NCBI GenBank assembly: GCA_002897775.1
Contig: BDTR01000030.1
Span: forward strand, 128,070-192,069
Origin: a bacterium BMS3Bbin08
GTDB taxonomy: Bacteria; Nitrospirota; Thermodesulfovibrionia; UBA6902; BMS3Bbin08
DNA length: 64,000 bases
Reading direction: 5' to 3'
The notes beneath the pieces are model-generated. The model was not told where the DNA came from and ran no database searches. It worked only from the letters and a program-made list of their open reading frames with translations. Both the position numbers and the translations under genes were made by a program. Shown piece after piece: positions 41,378 to 51,477 of this stretch (position 1 is the first letter of the stretch; each line of letters starts with the position of its first letter).

Positions 41378-42373
41378 TCATTTATTATTATTCCGTTTCC
41401 TGCAGACAGCAAGAACAAAATCGCTGTTTAAGTCCCCAGCTTTTAAAAGACCATCTTCAATTTCAAAGCAGAGACGTATGAAATTTTGAGTCTCGCTGTC
41501 TTCCGATAAGAAATTATATGCAATTTCACTGAATAATAAATTTAAAATGGTTCCGCCGTACTCTCTTATTTCAATTATCTCAAATATTTCGTTCAGTAAC
41601 GGCAGGATCCTGGAAGATTCTACGGCTTCCGAAGGGTCACTTAATATCATACTCAGTCGGCCCGGTCTGAAGACCTTCGTTTTAACAGAACCGTTATTCC
41701 ACCGCAGCCTGTATTTTTCAGGTAAAAGGGACAAAAGACCGTTGACCACTTCCAGTTGTCTATCAGTCCATTGGAACCTTGTTGGACCAACAAATTCATT
41801 GACGATAAAATATCCGTTTGGTTTAAGAAAGCCATTGATTCTAAGCAAGATTTTTTTTAGTGGGGAGAAGTGATGTAATGATTGTTCTGCCAATACAGCG
41901 TCATAATAACATTCGCGCATTTCTATATTATAAACATCAGCAACGTGATAATTAATAATTGAACCATAACCTCTCTCTCTGGCTTTGTTCCTTGCATATT
42001 CTATCCTTGCTTCCGATAGATCATAAGCGTCAATGCTCCTGAAACCGCTGAGTTCAGCCCATCGAATCTCCCTATGACCTGTTCCACACGCAAGTGACAT
42101 GGCATTTAAAGATGTCATACCAGAAAGGAACCTGCGAAATACGTATTCGTGGTAGTCAATTTTAGCGTCTCCGGAAATCAGGTAGTTCCATCGTTCCCTG
42201 ACTGTGGGGATATCCCACCAGTTTGTAGGGGGATTCTGCACATGTTCCCAGGATTTTTTTATTTTTTCCTGTTTGCCGCTTATCAGTTTTGATAAGACCG
42301 GCTTCAACGACCCTTGTTTTATTTTTTCCGCTAATTTTAAAAAGTCATGAATGTTTATCAGATTCTTAAACAT
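41378..42373 (-). CDS. class I SAM-dependent methyltransferase
   Basis: LACGTGHREIRWAE is methyltransferase motif I. Confidence 0.7.
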   Translation of the reverse strand: MFKNLINIHDFLKLAEKIKQGSLKPVLSKLISGKQEKIKKSWEHVQNPPTNWWDIPTVRERWNYLISGDAKIDYHEYVFRRFLSGMTSLNAMSLACGTGHREIRWAELSGFRSIDAYDLSEARIEYARNKARERGYGSIINYHVADVYNIEMRECYYDAVLAEQSLHHFSPLKKILLRINGFLKPNGYFIVNEFVGPTRFQWTDRQLEVVNGLLSLLPEKYRLRWNNGSVKTKVFRPGRLSMILSDPSEAVESSRILPLLNEIFEIIEIREYGGTILNLLFSEIAYNFLSEDSETQNFIRLCFEIEDGLLKAGDLNSDFVLAVCRKRNNNK

Positions 42374-42402
42374 TGTTTTAAAGTTTATACCACATCAACG
42401 AT

Positions 42403-42789
42403 TTACTCCAAACGTACAGTCTTCAAGGGTTCACCGTCCATCTGAAGAGCTGTTATTTTCCAGTTGCTGAAAGTCGCATCGAACCTGAACTTTTTTTTCA
42501 GATCCGGTATGTCCGGCAGTTTAAAGACCGCCCGTGAAAGCGGCGGTGATTTATCCGCTTTGCCGATCAGGACCGTGACCTCGTTCTCAGCAAGAAGGAT
42601 ATTGACCAGCAGTTTAAATACCGGCTCATTCACAATAGTACTGATTATGGGACTTATCCTGGCCATAGCGTCAGGTTCCAGGACTGTTATGAATGTTCCT
42701 GTGCCCAGGTTATTCTCATCAGGGATATGGATCTCTGAATGATCGATCCCCGGTACCGGGTTTTGTTCGCGGCTTTTTATTTCTGCCAT
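42403..42789 (-). CDS. hypothetical protein (128 aa)
   Basis: ORF with no recognised family. Confidence 0.4.
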   Translation of the reverse strand: MAEIKSREQNPVPGIDHSEIHIPDENNLGTGTFITVLEPDAMARISPIISTIVNEPVFKLLVNILLAENEVTVLIGKADKSPPLSRAVFKLPDIPDLKKKFRFDATFSNWKITALQMDGEPLKTVRLE

Positions 42790-42884
42790 TTTTACCTCCT
42801 GAATATGATTATACTGATGGGAAAGATAATTACAAAGAATTTTACCATAACGGTAGAGTTGTTGTAGAAAACCCTATGAGGAAA

Positions 42885-43445
42885 TTATTTACTGGTGTTA
42901 TCCTGGACCCGGCTAAAAGAATCAGCAAAACGGGGTTTTTCTTCGGCCTCATCAAATATTGACAGCCAGTTTCTGATATAGCCTGTGTCCATATCAGGAT
43001 TTTTCAGGATCATATTTCGCACGTCTTCAATATCTCTCGGCCGCCCGGCAAAGATCTTATGGATTATAACATCTTCAACAGAAGCGAAATTAACAGAAGT
43101 ATTTTCGATTTTTACTTCTTTGCCCCTTTTTATCGCCTGTTGTTCATACCGGGTAAAAGAAAATATGAAATCCACCCTAATGCCCGATACCTTATCCTTT
43201 GCAGGCAGAACAAAGGTTTTACTTACGAAATCAAGGTAGTCATCGGGAATAATACTTAACTCTGCCGAACGGCAGATATTAACAACATCTGAAATATTGT
43301 CTGTTGAGATCCCCAGGGTTATGTCAATATCCTTTGTGAGCCTGGGAACACCATGAAGAAGTACAGCCTGTCCCCCGATAATCATATAAGGTATTTTGTT
43401 TTTTGAAAGCAGACGGCTGAGACTGGCAATGAGTTTCTCAAACAT
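42885..43445 (-). CDS. nucleotidyltransferase-fold protein (MNT/AbiEii-like superfamily)
   Basis: IPYMIIGGQAVLLHGVPRLTKDIDITL resembles a nucleotidyltransferase-fold start. The gene overlaps the small ORF upstream. Confidence 0.55.
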   Translation of the reverse strand: MFEKLIASLSRLLSKNKIPYMIIGGQAVLLHGVPRLTKDIDITLGISTDNISDVVNICRSAELSIIPDDYLDFVSKTFVLPAKDKVSGIRVDFIFSFTRYEQQAIKRGKEVKIENTSVNFASVEDVIIHKIFAGRPRDIEDVRNMILKNPDMDTGYIRNWLSIFDEAEEKPRFADSFSRVQDNTSK

Positions 43446-43677
43446 TTTGAGAGTTGAGTATACGGGCGATCCTTATATCGGTTTCTATATCCTCAAGGGG
43501 ATCTTTCATAGGAAGAGTGCCGAGTGTTATACCTTCATGCCACAGGGACTCAAATACCTCAAGTGACTTGAAATAATCAGGTTTTTCTTTCCTGACCTCC
43601 TCTTTTCCAAGATCTTCAAGGGCTTTAGCATTTTTTATCATATTAAAATATATTATAGCATCTGCGTCAGTAATCAT
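43438..43677 (-). CDS. small hypothetical protein (79 aa), possibly the cognate partner of the nucleotidyltransferase-fold protein
   Basis: 8-nt overlap with the downstream gene suggests a toxin-antitoxin-like bicistron. Confidence 0.45.
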   Translation of the reverse strand: MITDADAIIYFNMIKNAKALEDLGKEEVRKEKPDYFKSLEVFESLWHEGITLGTLPMKDPLEDIETDIRIARILNSQNV

Positions 43678-43743
43678 GGAGAATTTTACCCCGTTAGAAG
43701 ACCTTTGCCCTTCTAACGGGGTTCACCCGGGATCATATTGTTT

Positions 43744-44166
43744 TTATTTCGGTATCCATTCTTTCCCCTTGTCAATTATATGGATCACTTGCCATCCCCT
43801 TTTCTTCAGGGCCATGGCAATGAATCGCCTGTGGCATTTCCAGGGGAAGTGTTCGGCGCATATGATCACTGATGTTATGTCAGAAGCCAGTTCCTCCAGC
43901 CTGTCTATACCCTGTTCAAATTCTTTTGTCCGTGTGTATTTTTCATATCCGCCTTTTCTGAAGCCCCCGAGCTCTCTGCCGAGGAAATGATATTCAAACA
44001 TCTCATTTTTGAGAGAGGACTCAAGAGACGCTCTTTTGAAATGGTCAAGCTTGCTTGTCGGAAAGCTCCTTACATCAATAACGGACCCGATGCCGTAGCC
44101 TGTTATTATCTCTGTAAAATCCTCCAGACTGCGTAGCCCGGTGCCAAGAGTGTAAATGTGTTTCAT
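43744..44166 (-). CDS. DUF488 family protein
   Basis: IYTLGTGLRSLEDFTEIITGYGIGSVIDVRSFPTSK...FLGRELGG matches the DUF488 consensus. Confidence 0.7.
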   Translation of the reverse strand: MKHIYTLGTGLRSLEDFTEIITGYGIGSVIDVRSFPTSKLDHFKRASLESSLKNEMFEYHFLGRELGGFRKGGYEKYTRTKEFEQGIDRLEELASDITSVIICAEHFPWKCHRRFIAMALKKRGWQVIHIIDKGKEWIPK

Positions 44167-44191
44167 TATCTTGAATAAACGGGTGTTTTGC

Positions 44192-44860
44192 TTAATGTTC
44201 CCGTCGGGTCCTTAAAAACATAAAGAATGCCGCCGCATAGAGAAGCTCACCAATAATAAGGAACTCATACATATAAGCCACGGGCGTCTGCTGATGAAAC
44301 GCGGCGCCTGTATCATGCATAAAAGAAAAGAGTATGAACGCTGTTCCCGCCAGAGCGAGCGCAAAAGTCAGCAGTGTAAGCCTGAGATCATAACCCTTAT
44401 GGCCCTGGTAGATAATAAGGACTCCGAAGGTGATCAACAGCAGGGATATGGACACAGGCGCAATAACTGGCGCTATCCACGGCAAAGGTATCAGGAACAG
44501 AATATCCCATTCAAAGATCGAGGAAGGCCAGTTGATCAGGGCCTTCAGCCAGACGTAGTAAAAAATATCCCACAGACCAAAGCAGAACAGGAACCATGCA
44601 CTACGCTCCACGGGCTTTCTAGCCGCAAGTACTGCCAGGGATACCAGTATTATCAGGGTCGCCAGTTCCCGGAACAACTCAAAAATAATGATATTGTCAG
44701 CAAAGGGTTTTAAGGGAAAGGCGAAACCTTCAGGGAAATAGATCGCCCGGAGATATACAACAACGGCTGATTCAACATATGCCATGGAGATACTGAAAGC
44801 CGCTAACCAGGATATTTTCTTTAGGATCGCAGTTTTAGGAAGAGATGGTTGGAGCGTCAT
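44192..44860 (-). CDS. polytopic membrane protein, function unknown
   Basis: About six hydrophobic segments. Confidence 0.55.
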   Translation of the reverse strand: MTLQPSLPKTAILKKISWLAAFSISMAYVESAVVVYLRAIYFPEGFAFPLKPFADNIIIFELFRELATLIILVSLAVLAARKPVERSAWFLFCFGLWDIFYYVWLKALINWPSSIFEWDILFLIPLPWIAPVIAPVSISLLLITFGVLIIYQGHKGYDLRLTLLTFALALAGTAFILFSFMHDTGAAFHQQTPVAYMYEFLIIGELLYAAAFFMFLRTRREH

Positions 44861-44951
44861 TGAAAATGCGCTAAGCCCTTTTCAGGGTTTTATTTTTCTT
44901 CCGGGGAATTCTTTATGATAAAGAATCAGCAAATTAACATGGATTATTGTT

Positions 44952-45191
44952 TTATTGCCCATTTTTAAAGAGCCTCTCCAGAACCATATCAATCTGATCA
45001 GGCGTAATCCAGCCTTTTTCAAAAAGGATCCTTCCAATAAGCCTGTGCGGCATGTCGGAAACATCGTCATCTATTTGTTCGTTCAAGGCTGCTTTTAACT
45101 GTTCCGCGGTAATGATGTTCAGTTCTACCGCGATCTGGCCGAACCTGGGACAGTATTTTTCTGAAAGTTTTTTTTCAAAATCACTGCCCAT
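44952..45191 (-). CDS. small standalone MshEN / T2SS-E N-terminal-like domain protein (candidate c-di-GMP binder), paralog 1
   Basis: RFGQIAVELNIITAEQLKAALNEQ...RLIGRILFEKGWITPDQIDMVLERL fits the tandem MshEN half-motifs (RLGxxLLxxGLLxxxxLxxALxxQ). Confidence 0.55.
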   Translation of the reverse strand: MGSDFEKKLSEKYCPRFGQIAVELNIITAEQLKAALNEQIDDDVSDMPHRLIGRILFEKGWITPDQIDMVLERLFKNGQ

Positions 45192-45331
45192 ATTTTCCCC
45201 CGATGAAATTAAAGCGTATTATCCTAAAGTCTATCAATATTAAAGGAACGTTAACGGTCCTGTATTTTATTTTTTTGACACCGGCTATCCAAAAGAGATC
45301 ATCTGGAGCGGGATAAAGCAGTTCATAGACT

Positions 45332-45580
45332 TTACGTGAGTCCTTTCTCATACTTGAAAAGTTCCATCAGAACTGTTTCGATCTGTTCGGAACTCATCCA
45401 GCCTTTTTCAAAAAGGATTATTCCCAGGACCCTGGGGGGCTTATTGGAAACTTCATCCTCAACCTGTTCGGCAAGGGCCTCTTTCAGCTGTTCCGGGGTT
45501 ATAAATCTCCTTTCTATCGCGATACAGCCAAACCTTGTGCAGTATTTTTTTGAGATCTCTCTGGCAAGATCATTATCCAT
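45332..45580 (-). CDS. small standalone MshEN-like domain protein, paralog 2
   Basis: RFGCIAIERRFITPEQLKEALAEQ...RVLGIILFEKGWMSSEQIETVLMEL. About 50% identical to paralog 1. Confidence 0.55.
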   Translation of the reverse strand: MDNDLAREISKKYCTRFGCIAIERRFITPEQLKEALAEQVEDEVSNKPPRVLGIILFEKGWMSSEQIETVLMELFKYEKGLT

Positions 45581-45716
45581 ATTTAATTCCTTTTGTTTAT
45601 TTTAAAGGATTTTTATCTTAAACTACAAGTGCCTGTTCAGTGCCGGATTTTTTTTGCGGCTCTTGCCGGCAGGACGCGGATAAAATGTTATAATAAAAAA
45701 TCAGCAGAGTTTAAAG

Positions 45717-46382
45717 ATGCCCGGGACAATTCCTCTGAAAGACATAAATTTTGTACTGCTTGACATGGATGGGACCCTTCTGGACCTGTATTTTGATTAT
45801 TATTTTTGGTCGCATCTTGTGCCTGAGAAATATGCCGAAAAACACAAGATGACCTTTGGCGCTGCAAAGGACTTCCTGTTTTTAAAGTACAAGTCGCGTG
45901 AAAAAACGCTCAACTGGACCGACCTTGATTTCTGGTCAAGAGAACTGCACCTTGATATTCCGGCGCTTACCGAGCAGGTAAGGCATCTTATAGAAGTTCA
46001 CCCGCATGTTATGGATTTCCTGAAAATGCTGAAAAGACGCAGGAAAAAGGTCGTGCTCGCGACAAACGCCCATTACAAGGCGATCAATATCAAGCTGAAA
46101 AAAACACAGATAGGAAAATATTTTGATTCTGTGCTGTGCTCATTTGATGTCGGTTATCCGAAAGAGAGCATAGAGTTCTGGCACAGGGCGCAGAAAAAAT
46201 TGAAGTTCGACAGGGAAAAGACGCTTTTTATCGATGACACTGAAGATGTGCTCAGAACGGCAAAAGAATACGGGATCAAATACCTGCTTTACAAGGCAAG
46301 GGCCAATTCAAAGGCTAAAGAACTCCCGACGTCGAATGAATTTTTGGTTATAAACGATTTCAGACAACTTATGCAGAAGTAA
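45717..46382 (+). CDS. HAD-superfamily hydrolase (subfamily IA-like)
   Basis: VLLDMDGTLLD is motif I. KVVLATNA is motif II. FIDD is motif IV. Confidence 0.75.
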   Translation: MPGTIPLKDINFVLLDMDGTLLDLYFDYYFWSHLVPEKYAEKHKMTFGAAKDFLFLKYKSREKTLNWTDLDFWSRELHLDIPALTEQVRHLIEVHPHVMDFLKMLKRRRKKVVLATNAHYKAINIKLKKTQIGKYFDSVLCSFDVGYPKESIEFWHRAQKKLKFDREKTLFIDDTEDVLRTAKEYGIKYLLYKARANSKAKELPTSNEFLVINDFRQLMQK

Positions 46383-46461
46383 AGACCGTTAATCGTTGAT
46401 CTGTTAATTGTTAACCGGATAACTAATAACGAATAACCAATAACTGAAGCGGCAAAGCCGC

Positions 46462-47775
46462 TTATTTATTCATCATATCAAGGAATTCCTTGTTGTTCTT
46501 TGTGCCGATGAGCTTTCCAAGCAGGAATTCCATGCTTTCAACAGTGCTCAGGGAATGCAGCACCTTTCTGAGGATCCACATCCTGCTGAGGACATCTTTT
46601 TCCACAAGCAGTTCTTCTTTTCTGGTGCCGGAAGCGTTAATGTCAATGCTCGGGAATGTTCTCTTGTCCACGAGTTTTCTGTCGAGGTGAAGTTCCATGT
46701 TGCCGGTGCCTTTGAATTCCTCAAAGATGACATCATCCATCCTGCTGCCCGTATCAACAAGGGCGGTTGCAAGGATCGTCAGGCTTCCGCCGTCTTCTAT
46801 GTTCCTCGCGGTCCCGAAAAACCTCTTTGGCCTTTGAAGCGCGTTCGAATCAAGGCCTCCTGACAGCACTTTGCCGCTTGCCGGAATAACCGCGTTATAT
46901 GCCCTGGCAAGCCTGGTAATGGAGTCAAGAAGGATCACAACGTTTCTTTGTGTTTCAACAAGTCTTTTTGCCCTCTCAATGACCATTTCAGCGACCTGGC
47001 AATGTCTCTGCGGTGGCTCATCAAAGGTGGAACTTATTATCTCGGCGGAAGGTACCTGCCTTTTCCAGTCAGTAACCTCCTCAGGTCTTTCGTCTATAAG
47101 GAGTATCATAAGATGAATGTCAGGATGGCTTGTCTTCACGGCCTTTGCTATGGATTGCAGCAGCATGGTCTTTCCTGTCCTGGGCGCGGCAACGATCATC
47201 CCCCTCTGCCCCATTCCTATGGGAGAGGTAAGGTCCATGACCCTTGTAGAATAGTCATCCTTCCGGTAGTCGAGGTTGATCTTTTCCGTCGGGTAATACG
47301 GGATCAGGTTATCAAAAAGCGGCCTTTCAATGTTCTCATCCGGTGATTCATGATTTATGGCCTCGACCTTTAAAAGGGCGAAATAACGTTCGCTTTCTTT
47401 CGGCGGCCTTATCTGTCCTGTGACCAGGTCGCCTGTTCTGAGGTTGAATCTCCTGATCTGTGAAGGCGATACGTATATATCGTCAGGGCCCGGCAGGTAA
47501 CTGTAATCGGATGAACGCAGGAAACCAAAACCATCAGGCAGGATCTCAAGCACCCCTTCCCCAAAGATAAGGCCTGTCTTCTCGGTCTGGGCCTGAAGTA
47601 TCGCGAAGATGAGGTCCTGTTTCCTCAGTCCCCTTACGTCTTCAACATTAAGGCTTTTGGCTGTCTTTGTAAGTTCATCAATGTTCTTTTCCTTTAGCTC
47701 GGTGATGTTCATCCCATCGGTCGATGGTTTAGCGGCTTTACTCATGGTGACTCCTTGGTTTCTGGTTTTGCTCAT
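46462..47775 (-). CDS. rho: transcription termination factor Rho
   Basis: 437 aa. N-terminal RNA-binding domain. ATPase P-loop ([14 protein letters not shown]). Confidence 0.95.
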   Translation of the reverse strand: MSKTRNQGVTMSKAAKPSTDGMNITELKEKNIDELTKTAKSLNVEDVRGLRKQDLIFAILQAQTEKTGLIFGEGVLEILPDGFGFLRSSDYSYLPGPDDIYVSPSQIRRFNLRTGDLVTGQIRPPKESERYFALLKVEAINHESPDENIERPLFDNLIPYYPTEKINLDYRKDDYSTRVMDLTSPIGMGQRGMIVAAPRTGKTMLLQSIAKAVKTSHPDIHLMILLIDERPEEVTDWKRQVPSAEIISSTFDEPPQRHCQVAEMVIERAKRLVETQRNVVILLDSITRLARAYNAVIPASGKVLSGGLDSNALQRPKRFFGTARNIEDGGSLTILATALVDTGSRMDDVIFEEFKGTGNMELHLDRKLVDKRTFPSIDINASGTRKEELLVEKDVLSRMWILRKVLHSLSTVESMEFLLGKLIGTKNNKEFLDMMNK

Positions 47776-48047
47776 TGTAGAAATGCAAATTTTTATTTGC
47801 GGGAATGTATATTTAAGGAAAATTTACTTTAGAAAAAACTTTTTTTATTTTTTTCTGGAGGTTCTGCCTTCCAAAATAAAAAGGGATTTACGAGGATGCT
47901 TTCTGAATGCCCCGTCTTTGGCGGGGATGAAAGCAAGCTATCTTAATAAATTTTTTTTATTCCTTACCCGGAAGTCCCGACTTTAGTCAGGGAACTTCAA
48001 AAGAAGAACTATACTAATAATATCACAATACTAAAATAGTCCGGTGT

Positions 48048-50267
48048 TTGTCAATAGCAAAATGGCAGGCCCTTTATTATTGGAGATTTCTGGTAAAATC
48101 TGGCATATTACAGGGGTCTCCGCAGCGGCTTCCGATGATCTCAGGGAGTTTTAACAATATAAAAATGAAACAGCAATTTGAGAGGATCATCAGATATATA
48201 GCAGACCCCGGCAAAGGTGCCGGATCAGGCCTGAAGATAAATATCAGGGAACAGTTCCAGCCTGATGAACAGGACAGCCATTCTGTAGCAAGGAACCTTA
48301 ACGCCGCTTTCCTGATAGCCTTATCAGGGGAATCACATTATTTGTATGATAAGGCACTGGGATATCTGAACGGACATGAGGGCCATACTTCATGGGGCAG
48401 GACAGCAGGATTTTATAAGGACGGACTCAGGCTCGTACTTTCAGAGATATCAGGCAGATGTTCTGCTGATGAGGACCTCAAAAAAGGCCTGACAGATCTT
48501 TATTCATGGATCAGAGGCCAGGAGGCCGGTCACAACCCTGAAAAGACGGTTGAAATGTTCCATCAGGTCTTCTTTCCAGAGGGGGTATCTTTACTGGACG
48601 AGCAAAACAGGAAAGAAAAGATCAACTCCCTCAGAGAACAAAGAAAGATCAGGATCTCGAAGCTGAACCCCTCACCAATCAATGATCCGGCCAAAGAGGT
48701 CCTGTTTACGTCAAATATACTTGTTACAGTTCCTCCGGCGTCAGATGATATCCAGGGTCTTTCTGTAAGCGGCCATCTCAAGCAGATGCTAAAAGATATA
48801 AGCCGGGAAGATCAGGCCTTTTGGTATGACCATCCCATACCCATCGGGGTCTCACCCTGGCATAATGAGGCCTTATACGGCCTTGAAGGTCTGGACGAGG
48901 CGGTGTCGTTTGAAAAGCAGAGGGGAACGCTTGACAGTGATAGCAGGCTCACATGTGTTCTTTCAGCCTCTGCGACCCATAAGGGACTCCAGGGGATAGT
49001 AAAGGAGTATCTTGAGGACGAGTTCAAAAAAGAAAAGAACATCCGCCATCTTGATGTCTATGTTTTTACTGAGGCCGACACCCTGGAACTTGTGAACGAG
49101 ATCCTTATTCCGGCGGCTGAAACGTATCTTGGCGCCGGAGAACACGGCATACTTTATGAAATTGTAGGTGTTGACGGAGAGTATGGCAGGCATTATAGTT
49201 TTCTAAGGGCTGTATCAGCGTTCTGGCAGGTCCTTATCGCTCCTGAGATCAAAGGAACCTTTAAGATCGATCTTGACCAGGTCTTTCCCCAAAAAGAGCT
49301 CCGGGAGCAGACAGGTATGTCAGCGTTCGGGCATTTTAAGACGCCTCTGTGGGGCGCGGAAGGTATCGATATCCGGGACAACAAGGTGGAGCTCGGTATG
49401 ATCGCAGGCGCGCTTGTGAACCAGGAGGATATTGATAAATCCCTGTTCTATCCTGATGTCCGTTTCCCTGACAGGGGAATTAACGCGGATGAATTTGTGT
49501 TTTTCAGCACGCTTCCACAGGCCCTGTCCACAGAAGCGGAGATGATGACGCGTTACACGGATAATATGTTTGACGGTAAAAAGCAGTGTATCCAGCGTAT
49601 GCATGTTACAGGCGGGACCAGCGGCATACTTGTGGACTCGTTAAGGAAATATCATCCCTTTACACCGACTTTCATAGGCCGGGCGGAAGACCAGGCATAT
49701 ATAATGTCCGTACTGTTCACTGACCCGCAAAAAAATTTACGCTATGTACATAAAGACGGCCTGATAATGAGGCATGACAAAGAGGCCTTTGCAAAAGAGG
49801 CGATAAAAATGGCCGCAGCCGGAAAACTTACCGGAGATTACATACGGATCCTCATTTTTTCATATTATGTAAATGCCCTGCCCTGGCCGTTCGAGGACAT
49901 CAAGAAAACAATTGGCCCGTTCACAGGCTGTTTTGTATCAAAGATCCCGCTTACAGTTGTATATTTAAGGTTTGCACTGAAAATAGCCTCTTTTTTTGAT
50001 AATGAAACACAGGAACACAGAAGCCAGGGCTTTGAACTTCTGAAAACAGGCAGTAAACGCCTGCATGAAACCATTAAAAAACTGGTTGAAGCCCCGGACC
50101 TTTTGAATGAGCAGTTTCATAAAGAGAAAAAGGGGTGGAAGCTTTTTTATGATATACTGGATACCGTGGAGAAAAAACTTGGACAGAATGATAAGTTCGC
50201 GCTTGATCTGAAGAAAAAAGCAGAAGCACTGGTTAGAGGATGCAGGATAAATTTTGAAGTAAAGTGA
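48048..50267 (+). CDS. large hypothetical protein (about 700-739 aa; start may be the internal Met at 48166)
   Basis: Long ORF with no recognisable motifs. Confidence 0.55.
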   Translation: MSIAKWQALYYWRFLVKSGILQGSPQRLPMISGSFNNIKMKQQFERIIRYIADPGKGAGSGLKINIREQFQPDEQDSHSVARNLNAAFLIALSGESHYLYDKALGYLNGHEGHTSWGRTAGFYKDGLRLVLSEISGRCSADEDLKKGLTDLYSWIRGQEAGHNPEKTVEMFHQVFFPEGVSLLDEQNRKEKINSLREQRKIRISKLNPSPINDPAKEVLFTSNILVTVPPASDDIQGLSVSGHLKQMLKDISREDQAFWYDHPIPIGVSPWHNEALYGLEGLDEAVSFEKQRGTLDSDSRLTCVLSASATHKGLQGIVKEYLEDEFKKEKNIRHLDVYVFTEADTLELVNEILIPAAETYLGAGEHGILYEIVGVDGEYGRHYSFLRAVSAFWQVLIAPEIKGTFKIDLDQVFPQKELREQTGMSAFGHFKTPLWGAEGIDIRDNKVELGMIAGALVNQEDIDKSLFYPDVRFPDRGINADEFVFFSTLPQALSTEAEMMTRYTDNMFDGKKQCIQRMHVTGGTSGILVDSLRKYHPFTPTFIGRAEDQAYIMSVLFTDPQKNLRYVHKDGLIMRHDKEAFAKEAIKMAAAGKLTGDYIRILIFSYYVNALPWPFEDIKKTIGPFTGCFVSKIPLTVVYLRFALKIASFFDNETQEHRSQGFELLKTGSKRLHETIKKLVEAPDLLNEQFHKEKKGWKLFYDILDTVEKKLGQNDKFALDLKKKAEALVRGCRINFEVK

Positions 50268-50285
50268 GTTTTTTTCAATTGACAA

Positions 50286-50398
50286 TTAGTGGTCACCCGC
50301 CAAAAATATCGGCGGGTAAGCACAATGTATGGAATTGATATTATTACATTTGCTCACGAACACCTGCCTTTGGCAGGCTACGCTCGCTGTACATTCAT
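50286..50398 (+). repeat. dispersed ~110-nt intergenic repeat, copy C
   Basis: TTAGTGGTCACCCGCC...CGGCGGGTAAGCACAATGTA...TTTGCTCAC...CCTGCCTTTGGCAGG...CATTCAT. Confidence 0.7.
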
Positions 50399-50423
50399 CA
50401 ATTAACAATTATCAATCGAAAAC

Positions 50424-50837
50424 ATGTTCGCTGTAAGCCCTGAAAAAGAAAAGGCCCTTAAGGCAAAGCTTTCAAGCCTGGGCATTTATGAAAAAGACAT
50501 CAGGGAATCGTTCATACGTTCCCGGGGACGGGGCGGCCAGAATGTCAACAAGACCTCCACATGCGTTTACCTTAAGCACAGACCAACGGGTATTGAGGTC
50601 AAATGCCGGAAGACGCGCTCGCAGGGGCTGAACCGCTATCACGCGAGGCTGCTGCTGTATACAAAAATAGAACGCCTGATCAAAGGGAAAAAGAGCGAAG
50701 AAGAACAGCGCCTCGCGAAATTGAGGCGTCAGAAGAGAAAACGATCAAAGCGGGCCAAGGAAAAGATGCTGGCCGAAAAGAAACTGCATTCTAAAAAGAA
50801 AAAAGAGCGTTCCCTTAAGGTCAGCGCCGAAGAATAA
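50424..50837 (+). CDS. arfB: alternative ribosome-rescue factor ArfB (peptidyl-tRNA hydrolase, RF-1 domain)
   Basis: 137 aa. GGQ motif (SRGRGGQNVNKTSTCV). Lys/Arg-rich C-terminal tail. Confidence 0.85.
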   Translation: MFAVSPEKEKALKAKLSSLGIYEKDIRESFIRSRGRGGQNVNKTSTCVYLKHRPTGIEVKCRKTRSQGLNRYHARLLLYTKIERLIKGKKSEEEQRLAKLRRQKRKRSKRAKEKMLAEKKLHSKKKKERSLKVSAEE

Positions 50838-50938
50838 ATGATATTTTTGCATAAAGGGGTTTTTCCTGATAATATTCGTAGTATTGCTGTAAAAGGAGGT
50901 GACTCATTCTTGAGATAGACATTCTTAGTTTTGGGACC

Positions 50939-51376
50939 GTGAAACTGAAGCATCTGGTCTCGGACTTTACCGGTACCCTGTCGGTGGGCGGAAAGCTCCT
51001 GCCCGGCGTGAAGGAAAGATTGAACAAACTGTCTGAGCTTTTAGAGGTTCATGTACTGACATCTGATACCTTTGGAAAGGCAAAGGCCGAGCTCAAGGAC
51101 GTACACTGCCAGACACACATATTAAAGGGCGATTATCATGATATTCAGAAGGAAGAATATGTTCTGAACCTCGGGGCCTCGTCTGTTATCGCGTTCGGTA
51201 ACGGAAATAACGACAGGAAACTGCTGAGGATCGCGCGCGTAGGCATAGCGGTTACCGAAGGTGAAGGCTGTTCAATTGATACAATGATGTCCGCTGACAT
51301 ACACGTTGCAGGCATAAAGAACGGACTGGACCTTCTTCTTCATCCCAAAAGGTTTAAGGCAACGCTACGTTATTAA
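50939..51376 (+). CDS. small HAD-like hydrolase (soluble P-type-ATPase-like family)
   Basis: LVSDFTGTL is motif I. AFGNGNNDRKLLRIARVGIA is motifs III/IV. A TTG start further upstream is possible. Confidence 0.6.
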   Translation: MKLKHLVSDFTGTLSVGGKLLPGVKERLNKLSELLEVHVLTSDTFGKAKAELKDVHCQTHILKGDYHDIQKEEYVLNLGASSVIAFGNGNNDRKLLRIARVGIAVTEGEGCSIDTMMSADIHVAGIKNGLDLLLHPKRFKATLRY

Positions 51377-51381
51377 AAAAA

Positions 51382-51437
51382 GTAGCTAGTAGCGGGTAGA
51401 GAGCCCCGCCAGATTCTATCGAATCTGGACAGCGGGG
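51382..51437 (+). repeat. GTAG-heptad plus hairpin repeat (second family, compact copy)
   Basis: GTAGCTAGTAGCGGGTAGAGAGCCCCGCCAGATTCTATCGAATCTGGACAGCGGGG. Confidence 0.55.
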
Positions 51438-51477
51438 TAAAAACAATCGGTGTAATCAATTATTTCGGAGAAATAAT

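Noticed and set aside
46447-46467. AAGCGGCAAAGCCGCTT hairpin plus T-run as a standalone terminator feature
   Set aside because: It is plausible for the plus-strand HAD gene but overlaps the rho stop codon on the minus strand. Too ambiguous to annotate separately.
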